Shown here in pieces: positions 56,912-64,000 of a DNA stretch of 64,000 nt (position 1 is the stretch's first letter; each line of letters starts with the position of its first letter). Both the position numbers and the translations under genes were made by a program. The DNA comes from Roseibacillus sp. Lineage in GTDB: Bacteria; Verrucomicrobiota; Verrucomicrobiia; Verrucomicrobiales; Akkermansiaceae. The notes beneath the pieces are model-generated. The model had not been told where the DNA came from, ran no database searches, and saw nothing but the letters and a program-made list of their open reading frames with translations. Location: NCBI GenBank assembly GCA_965242925.1, contig CBDEUM010000030.1, positions 288,001 through 352,000 of the forward strand, given 5' to 3'.

Positions 56912-59839
56912 CTACTGCCGCGTGATGGTCTCGTGAAGATTGAGAATGGTTCGGGCGACCGTAGTCCAAGCTGCCAGTTCGGCGACCGGAAGATCGGTCG
57001 GGGCAGGACGAAGACCAACGGAGAGGAGTTGTTTGCCGGCAGCGCCATCCGCGAGGTAGCGCTTGAATTGAGCCACCTGCAAATCGGCCACGATCTTGAG
57101 GTCACGATCGCTGGGCGGACGCGAGAGCGCTTCGAGGAAAGCCCAACGAATGCGGGCCACCGCATCGTCACCACCCTCTTTCATGATGCGCTCCCCGAGG
57201 GCGCGCGCCGCTTCCACGTAGGTCGGGTCGTTGAGGAGCACGAGGGCCTGCAAGGGCGTGTTCGAACGCGGCCGCTCCGCCGTGCACTCCTCCCGCGACG
57301 GCGCATCGAAGGCCAGCAGGCTGGGGTGCAGGAAGCTGCGTTGCCAGTGAGTGTAAACAGCGCGGCGATACTGACTCTCGCCGGAGTCCGGTGCCCACTT
57401 GCGGCCGGGGAAGTTGAGGTGGCGCCAATAGCCGGCGGGTTGATATGGTTTCACACTGCGGCCGCCGATTTGCTCGACCAGGATTCTCCCAAGGGCGAGC
57501 GCATTATCGCGCACCATCTCGGCATCCATGCGGAATCGCGACTGCCGCGCGAGAAGGATATTCAGAGCATCCCGCTCACGGCTCGCCACCGTGGACTTGG
57601 AACTCTGCGCGTAGGTCTTCGACGTCACGAGGAGCTTCGCCAGGCGCTTCACGTCCCAGCCGCTCTCCATGAAATCGACTGCCAGCCAATCGAGCAATTC
57701 GGGATGGCTGGGCCACTGGCCTTGCGCTCCCAGGTCATCAACGTTGCGCGAGAGTCCCGCGCCAAAGTAGAGCTTCCACACCCGGTTCACAAAAGCCCGG
57801 GCGGTGAGCGGATTCTCGCGATCGACCACCCAGTTGGCCAGGTCGAGCCGACTGGCCCGGCGCTCACCCGTATCGAGTTTGCCCAGGAAGCCCGGGATCG
57901 CCGGAGTGACCTCGGGACCAGAGTCATCGAGCCAGTTTCCGCGCGGTAGGATTCGCATCGTGCGTGGGGTCGTCGCAGTGGTCACCAGGGTGCGGGGCAG
58001 TTTCTTGGAAAACTCCGCCTTTTCCCGCTTGGCGGCCTCCACCTTGGCGCGAGCCTCCGCCAGTTCCGGCGAGACCGAGAGGTAGTAGTCGGCCACCGCG
58101 GTCTTTTCCTCGGCGGAGCGTTGATCCGCTGGCTTCTTCACGATGGCCACGATGTTGGCGGGCACGTGACTGCCCCCCGCCTTGAAGTAGAAGCCCGCTC
58201 CCCCACCGTGGTTCACGATCTTCATGAGATACTGGTTGTTCCCTTTCTTGAGCGAGACCGTGATCTTCTCCTGATCGGCCGCCGCTCCGCGCCCGACGTT
58301 CTTGCTCAGTTGCTCCGTGCTGTTCACCCAAACGCGAATCCCGTCATCGGATCCCAGCGAAAGGGCCAGCTGGGTCGGCAGCGGTGCCGTGATGGTGCGA
58401 TAGAGATACCAGGCCGCGTTCCCGTCTCCCGGAAGGGCATGAACGTTCCCATCGGGAAAATCGGTCCGCTTTTGCCACCTCTTGCCGTTGAGCGCGGCCT
58501 TTGCATCGACCTTCGTTTCCGGTCCAAAGGCCGTGTCAAACACCTTGTTAGCATCGCCGCCGGTAAACGGTCCGATGAGGTGCCAGTCTCCGAGGCTGGG
58601 CTCGATCGATGACGCAATGCTCTTCTCCCACTCCGCCTGCGCTTTTGCGAAACCGGGCGTGCCCGATCGCGCCTCTTTGGAGAGCTGGGCAATCCTGGCA
58701 TCGAGCTCAGCGCCGCGTTTCTTGTAGTTGCCGGAAGCCACCGGCATGTAACCCTCCCGACCGCCCACCCCCTTCTCTTTCACGTCGGCGAAGAAGGCCG
58801 CCATCGAATAAAAGTCCTTGGCCGTGTAGGGATCGTACTTGTGATCGTGGCATTGCGCGCAGCCGAGCGTACTCCCCAGCCACGCTCCGGAAATACTCCG
58901 CACGCGATCGGCGGCATAGATCGCAACGTACTCCTTGGCCTGGGCTCCGCCTTCCGCGGTCGTCTGCAGCAGGCGATTATATCCCGAGGCCACTTTCTGC
59001 TCCGAGGTGGCGTTCGGAAGGAGGTCCCCCGCTATTTGCCAGCGCGTGAACTCATCGAAACCTTGATTGGCATTGAAGGCCTCGATCACCCATTCGCGAT
59101 AGGGATAGACATCCATCGGGTTGTCGCTGTGGTATCCGATCGAATCCGCATAGCGCACCAAATCGAGCCAGAAGACCGCCATGCGTTCTCCATAGCGAGG
59201 GCTGTCGAGCAAGCGGTCGGCCGCTGCTGCAAGCGCTCCCGGGAGATCCGTGGCAGCATGCTTCCTGAAGGCCGCGACCTGATCCTGTGTGGGAGGGAGG
59301 CCGGTGAGGTCAAAGCTCAGTCGGCGCAAGAGAGTGTGCAACTCGGCCGGGGCCGAAGCCTTGAGGCCCTCGGCATCGAGCCGGGTCCCGATAAAGTGAT
59401 CAACCGGATGCGCGCCCTTGGGCAACGAGGTCTTGCGAGGAAGATCGTAGGACCAGTGGCCCTCCCATTCCGCCCCCTGCTCAATCCACTTCTTGATAAG
59501 CGCAATCTCCTCCGGCTTCAGTTTCTTCTCCGTCTTGGGCGGAGGCATGACGTCCTCCCTGTCCTCGGTGAGAAGACGGAAGAGCAGCTCGCTGTCGTCC
59601 GGCTTCCCCGGAACGACTGCAATGATCCCCTTGCGGTCGGCGTAGATCCCGCCCTCTTTCACATCCAGCCGGAGCTTGGCCTTCCGTTCGTGTTCGTCCG
59701 GCCCGTGACAGGCAAAGCAGTTCTCGGAGAGAATGGGACGAATATCCCGGTCGTAGCGGATGCGTCCTTCGGCCGACAGGGCGACCGACGAGCCCACGGC
59801 AAGAAACGCAGCGGAAAGCGTAATGGCAGAATTCCTCAT
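56912..59839 (-). CDS. Planctomycete cytochrome c / DUF1549 / DUF1553 (PSD1) protein
   Basis: IRPILSENCFACHGPD, MPPP, CAQCHDHKYDP, PSHPELLDWLA, SNTPLQAL. Confidence 0.92.
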   Translation of the reverse strand: MRNSAITLSAAFLAVGSSVALSAEGRIRYDRDIRPILSENCFACHGPDEHERKAKLRLDVKEGGIYADRKGIIAVVPGKPDDSELLFRLLTEDREDVMPPPKTEKKLKPEEIALIKKWIEQGAEWEGHWSYDLPRKTSLPKGAHPVDHFIGTRLDAEGLKASAPAELHTLLRRLSFDLTGLPPTQDQVAAFRKHAATDLPGALAAAADRLLDSPRYGERMAVFWLDLVRYADSIGYHSDNPMDVYPYREWVIEAFNANQGFDEFTRWQIAGDLLPNATSEQKVASGYNRLLQTTAEGGAQAKEYVAIYAADRVRSISGAWLGSTLGCAQCHDHKYDPYTAKDFYSMAAFFADVKEKGVGGREGYMPVASGNYKKRGAELDARIAQLSKEARSGTPGFAKAQAEWEKSIASSIEPSLGDWHLIGPFTGGDANKVFDTAFGPETKVDAKAALNGKRWQKRTDFPDGNVHALPGDGNAAWYLYRTITAPLPTQLALSLGSDDGIRVWVNSTEQLSKNVGRGAAADQEKITVSLKKGNNQYLMKIVNHGGGAGFYFKAGGSHVPANIVAIVKKPADQRSAEEKTAVADYYLSVSPELAEARAKVEAAKREKAEFSKKLPRTLVTTATTPRTMRILPRGNWLDDSGPEVTPAIPGFLGKLDTGERRASRLDLANWVVDRENPLTARAFVNRVWKLYFGAGLSRNVDDLGAQGQWPSHPELLDWLAVDFMESGWDVKRLAKLLVTSKTYAQSSKSTVASRERDALNILLARQSRFRMDAEMVRDNALALGRILVEQIGGRSVKPYQPAGYWRHLNFPGRKWAPDSGESQYRRAVYTHWQRSFLHPSLLAFDAPSREECTAERPRSNTPLQALVLLNDPTYVEAARALGERIMKEGGDDAVARIRWAFLEALSRPPSDRDLKIVADLQVAQFKRYLADGAAGKQLLSVGLRPAPTDLPVAELAAWTTVARTILNLHETITRQ

Positions 59840-59975
59840 GAGACGATCAGGGAATGTCGGAGAAGAATGCCGGTTTTAGAATCAAATTCGTCTCCCTCCC
59901 CTGAAAGCATGAACGAAATGGATGCGGGCGGGGAACACCAGAGGGAACGAACCGGGCTGCGCTCCGTCCAGCGGC

Positions 59976-60043
59976 CTGCTCCCCCTCCTTCCCCGCCCGA
60001 CAGGCGACCAGGGACGCCGGGGTCAGAAAAACGATTCCTTAGC
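59976..60043 (+). repeat. Degenerate junction repeat module C
   Basis: CTGCTCCCCCTCCTTCCCCG ... CCAGG ... GAAAAACGATTCCTTAGC. Confidence 0.5.
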
Positions 60044-60151
60044 TATCGAAGCCGCAGAAAGAAGGTGGCGAAACTTGCGGCCGGAAAACAGGCTGCGGTT
60101 GAGAAACTGCGAGCGTGACGCACCGCTGACGGGAGCGGAGACTGCCTCGGC

Positions 60152-61102
60152 ATGATCGTCACCCCTTCGCAATCCGAGCTCTGGTCTGCCGGGGAACAGG
60201 TTTGCCGGCAGTTCGAGCTTGGCGAGGTCCGCCAACTCGAGGCTCTCCCGCATCAGGGGTACTCGAACTTCAATGCCCGGCTCGACACGGATCGGGGAAC
60301 TTACGTCCTGCGGCGCTACACTGAGCAACCGGCGGAGAAGATCACCCACGAGCTTCGGTTGATCGACTGGCTGGATGGGCAGGGCCTTCCGGTGGTCCCT
60401 CCCCTCCGCGATCCCGACGGGAGGGCGAGGTGCACACCGGATCGGGACCACCCTGCTCCATGGGTCGTGTTTCCCTTCGTGGACGGAGAGGAACCGGAGC
60501 CACTCCCCACAACCGCGCGCAAAATGGGAGAACTGGCGGCTCGGCTCCACCAGATCCCGGAGCGACCCTGGAAGGATGGAGATCGCGAGAACCTGCTCTC
60601 GGTGCGGGCCACCCTCACGATTGCGGACTCCCTGCGCGAGACGGAGACGAGTTCGGCCCGGCACTTCCTGCAGGTGGTGGACCTGCTGGCACCCGGGGTG
60701 CACGATTTGAATCTTCCCACCGGCCTGGTGCACGGCGACCTCTTTCCCGACAACACCATCTTCCGGGAGGGCAACCTGGTAGCGGTGCTCGACTGGGAGG
60801 AAGCCTGTGTCGACCACTACCTGTTCGATCTCGCCATGGCGATGCACGGATTCTGCTACGTCGCCGAAGAATGGCGCCCAGACCTCGCCCGCAGCTTCCT
60901 GGCGGGATACGAAGCGGGCCGGCCTCTCGATCGGGTCGAACGCGGGAGCCTGCCGCTCTTCCTTCGCTGGACTCCCCTCGCGATGGCAGGTTGGCACCTC
61001 CGTCGCTACTCGCTCGCGCCCAGTCCCCGGCAAGCCAGGCGCATCGACCAATTGCTACGACGGGCCGAGACCGTCTTCGACTGCGATCCTCTCTTCCCAT
61101 GA
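60152..61102 (+). CDS. Type II homoserine kinase / APH-fold phosphotransferase
   Basis: GYSNFN, YVLRRY, GLVHGDLFPDNTIF, VLDWEEAC, FDLA. Confidence 0.75.
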   Translation: MIVTPSQSELWSAGEQVCRQFELGEVRQLEALPHQGYSNFNARLDTDRGTYVLRRYTEQPAEKITHELRLIDWLDGQGLPVVPPLRDPDGRARCTPDRDHPAPWVVFPFVDGEEPEPLPTTARKMGELAARLHQIPERPWKDGDRENLLSVRATLTIADSLRETETSSARHFLQVVDLLAPGVHDLNLPTGLVHGDLFPDNTIFREGNLVAVLDWEEACVDHYLFDLAMAMHGFCYVAEEWRPDLARSFLAGYEAGRPLDRVERGSLPLFLRWTPLAMAGWHLRRYSLAPSPRQARRIDQLLRRAETVFDCDPLFP

Positions 61103-61375
61103 CTCGCGCAACCCTGTTTTTTGAGGGTGAAGGTGATCGGAGAGAACGAATCGAGGCCATCCCTCGTTTCTGAACTCCATGCAAACTCTCAACGCCTCCA
61201 ACCCCTCACGAAGACAGAATGCCCCTTGTCCCTGTCCCGGCTGCATGACGGAAAGCCCAGGGGATTACTACCCTGAGAGGTCAACGGCATCAAGTGACGG
61301 CGCCAAAGCCAGCGACCGCACTGAATTTTACCAGTAGCCGGAGGCGGAACCTGATGCCCGGCCCGTTCTTGCCAA

Positions 61376-62218
61376 TCAGGATCGGCGCCGACGAAGGCCC
61401 AGACCAAGGGCCCCGAGGCCCAGGAGCGTCAGTCCGCTCGGTTCCGGAACGAGTGCGGCCCAGCTGGCTGGATCTACCAACATGAAGTTATCGATATTGA
61501 AAGCCGCGGCAGTTGTTCCCTCCGCCGCCCAGATATTGACCCCCTGGATTTGGTTTGGAAAGTCTCCGCCATTGTTCCAGGGACCAATATAGAACAGGTC
61601 CCCACCGTAGCGAGCCTCGGCCGTATTCGCATCGAGATCGATGTCAACTCTTACGTTGACCCACTCGTCCTGGCGGAGCGAAAGCTGCGTGCTACCGGAG
61701 TCATAAAATCTCCCGCTCGTTCCGTTCCCCTGAAAGTGGAAGCCTTCCTGAAACACACCGGAGCCGGTTGCCCCACGGCTGATATAGATGTGTGCCGTCC
61801 CGTCGTATTCGCTCGGTTGGTAGATATCAAACGACAGAATCCATTGCCCGGAGTGGCGCGCTTCAGTCAGGTCCAAGTAGGCATCAGAGCCATAGCCAGG
61901 GTTCGTCGAGAACTCGAGCGACTGCGATCCCCCACTGGCACGCGTGTTGACAACATTGGTGGGACGGGGGGTCCCCCCGAAATCGGTCCAACCATTATTC
62001 CACCAGCAGCCATCACCACCACAATTCCCCCATGGACCGGAGTCGAGGAAACCACCCTGGCCATCGACGTTGCCGAGATTAAGATCCTCGAAAGTGTAGT
62101 TATAACCGGCTTGCCGTCCTTCGGCCACGACCACAGTCCCACTCGCAGTCGAAGCAATCGAGATGCACCCGGCGGTCATTATTGCGGCACCGCCCAGGAT
62201 GTTTTTGTTGAGTTTCAT
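61376..62218 (-). CDS. PEP-CTERM sorting domain protein
   Basis: Signal peptide; C-terminal VPEPSGLTLLGLGALGLGLRRRRS. Confidence 0.92.
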   Translation of the reverse strand: MKLNKNILGGAAIMTAGCISIASTASGTVVVAEGRQAGYNYTFEDLNLGNVDGQGGFLDSGPWGNCGGDGCWWNNGWTDFGGTPRPTNVVNTRASGGSQSLEFSTNPGYGSDAYLDLTEARHSGQWILSFDIYQPSEYDGTAHIYISRGATGSGVFQEGFHFQGNGTSGRFYDSGSTQLSLRQDEWVNVRVDIDLDANTAEARYGGDLFYIGPWNNGGDFPNQIQGVNIWAAEGTTAAAFNIDNFMLVDPASWAALVPEPSGLTLLGLGALGLGLRRRRS

Positions 62219-62493
62219 GAGATGCACTGTGTGTTTTCAGCAAGACTTCGAAGGAAATATGTCAGCGGACAGGCCCGGGGGCCAAGCGGGATTCTGAGGT
62301 AATCAGGTTGTCCCTCAAGATTATTCTGAAGCATTCCGGGAAAATATCCCAAGGAAGGCCTCTGGACGACGTCGCACGAGAACGGCCAGAAAGAGGGCCG
62401 AAATAATCCGCAAAGACGGAAAAAAGGGGCCCGATGGCGCTGTCGATGAGGCCGCCATGAGCCGTTCGGGCCTCAATCTCTGCAATCCAAGTC

Positions 62494-64000
62494 TCAGTTG
62501 GCCATCTGAAGCCGAATGAACTGGCGGGGCTGATTGTCGAGCGGGGTAGTCGAGCGGAAGGTCCGCGTGCGGGTGCCATCACCGTTGTCGATGGGCGCTC
62601 CCACTTCGAGCATAAAGCCCGGCCCCGCCATCCAGTTGACCAAGTCATCAGAGCGCTGCACGGTATAGGTCACTCCCGAGGCACCTGACCACTCCGTGTA
62701 GGTCAGGGAGAGATAGAACGCTCCTCCGTCCTCCACGATACCACCCTCCGGGAGCATGTTCCGATTGAGGTAGTCGTCCGGGGCGGTCCCCAGTGCAAAT
62801 TCGAAGAAATTACTCCGACCATCCTGGTCGAGGTCGGCGTCGGGACCCGAGATAAACGGATCAGCCAGCTCGGCGGCGGTGAAATTGAGCGCGCGCCAGC
62901 CGAGGAAGGTGAGCGCGGTCCAGACCCCGTCGGGCGTTCCGTGAATACCGCGAGAAGCGCGCCAGTTGGCGGCCACGTCGTGATCGGGATTGGTGAGCGG
63001 ATCGATGAGTTCGAGGCTGTAGCCGTCGCCATCCCCTGCCTCCGGCCAGGGCGCTTTGTCATTGTAGGTGAAGGATCGGATGACTGCATCATTGGCCCCG
63101 AGGATCTCGATGCGCTCACCGTCGTTGCTCAAATTGCCGTTGTACTCTCCGGCGATCACACTGGGTGAGACGCCGGGATAACGCGCCCGAAACGCATCCC
63201 GGTGTTCGACCAAGAGCACGTTTTCGCCGGGATCCAGCCCGATCAACGGGTTAAGATGAAAATCGAAAGCGATCCCATCAGTAAAGCGCACCTCGTTGAG
63301 GTGAATGGGCGCGTTGGAAATGTTGCGCAGTTCTACAAACTCAAAGTCAACCCGGCTGTAAATGTCACCGGGATCCTCCGTGACGCTTGGCGTGGACGGC
63401 CGGTAACTGAACTCAGTCACTGCCAGGTTGGTGTCATCGGCGGGCTCTCCGATAGTGTAGGCCACCGCATTGAGGGGCGACCACTGCCCACCCTGCAGGA
63501 CCCGCGCATTGAGAACGGTGGTCTCGTTAACGGTCAGTTGCGAGGGGTTGGTGGGCAAGGTCAGGCCCAGGCTGAAATCGAAGGTCAGATCAGAACTGGA
63601 TCCCAGAATCTGGTGAACCTCCACCGCCAACGTGTTTTCGCCATTCACCAGGAGGGCGACCGGAACATCGTTCTTGGTGTACCAGTCGTGCTCTCCGGGC
63701 GAACGCTGTCCTTCCAAGGCCGGCGTCTCGGAATTGATCGCGCCGCCCGGCATGTTGGAGCGCCAGACCTCGGTTCCGTTCAGGTAAACCACCGCGCCGT
63801 CGTCGCGTTTCAATTCCATGAAGATGGCGGAAACCTCGGTGGCGTCGGCCACCGTGAACTTGCGACGGAAATAGGTCGTCATGTGCTTGTCCCCCGAATC
63901 CGGTCCGAAACTGACCACCGTCTGTTCGTCGGAGTCGCCGTAGCCGAGTTCGGCAGGCTCCTCCGCCCAGCCCGCGTCACGGAAGGCGGGCATGCGCCAG
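62494..64000 (-). CDS. C-terminal part of a lamin-tail-domain (CotH-type) secreted protein (runs off window end)
   Basis: RDDGAVVYLNGTE, TEFSYRP..EFVELRN, DGDGYSLE, C-terminal NGDGTRT...RQFIRL similar to the 33866 gene. Confidence 0.85.
   Translation of the reverse strand, partial: WRMPAFRDAGWAEEPAELGYGDSDEQTVVSFGPDSGDKHMTTYFRRKFTVADATEVSAIFMELKRDDGAVVYLNGTEVWRSNMPGGAINSETPALEGQRSPGEHDWYTKNDVPVALLVNGENTLAVEVHQILGSSSDLTFDFSLGLTLPTNPSQLTVNETTVLNARVLQGGQWSPLNAVAYTIGEPADDTNLAVTEFSYRPSTPSVTEDPGDIYSRVDFEFVELRNISNAPIHLNEVRFTDGIAFDFHLNPLIGLDPGENVLLVEHRDAFRARYPGVSPSVIAGEYNGNLSNDGERIEILGANDAVIRSFTYNDKAPWPEAGDGDGYSLELIDPLTNPDHDVAANWRASRGIHGTPDGVWTALTFLGWRALNFTAAELADPFISGPDADLDQDGRSNFFEFALGTAPDDYLNRNMLPEGGIVEDGGAFYLSLTYTEWSGASGVTYTVQRSDDLVNWMAGPGFMLEVGAPIDNGDGTRTRTFRSTTPLDNQPRQFIRLQMAN

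Noticed and set aside
16434..61102. Classical integron or tRNA-integrated element
   Set aside because: No tyrosine or serine recombinase seen, no duplicated tRNA 3' end found by eye, mixed gene orientation and mid-gene breakpoints.
61190..61370. Possible riboswitch or ncRNA between kinase and PEP-CTERM genes
   Set aside because: No recognisable consensus, and it lies between converging 3' ends.
16340..64000. Selenoprotein genes with in-frame TGA
   Set aside because: The broken genes seen are explained by indels, truncation or TAG, not by in-frame TGA at Cys positions.

Overview
Bacterial DNA whose gene content (PEP-CTERM, DUF1501/DUF1549/DUF1553, CotH-lamin-tail, BspA-type LRR lipoproteins, sulfatase) points to a Verrucomicrobiota genome (inference). 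1-16 kb is backbone-like: argS 5' end, PTS IIA, two paralogous membrane proteins, trkH/trkA, a 1100-aa TPR protein, and a 1994-aa protein with a 15-bp VNTR, PD40 repeats, an acidic stalk and a prenyltransferase-like barrel. A UCA-anticodon (Sec-type) tRNA follows at 16340-16433. From there to about 61 kb is a patchwork of unrelated genes and gene fragments of visibly different base composition. Most patch boundaries carry copies of a small set of modular repeats: A (CTCACCCYGCCCMGATCC), B (promoter-like TTGCC-N17/18-TAG), C (ending in AAAAAGCRATTYCCT-like motifs), D (89 bp), plus the 5' and 3' ends of an LRR-lipoprotein gene family. Neighbouring genes are cut mid-frame at these repeats. No integrase or intact transposase is present, only a possible IS91-like transposase tail. 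Lead hypothesis (unproven): a non-autonomous, IS91/ISCR-like rolling-circle gene-fragment capture array that also supplies promoters and export signals to captured DNA. All family calls come from motif recognition by eye; no searches were run.
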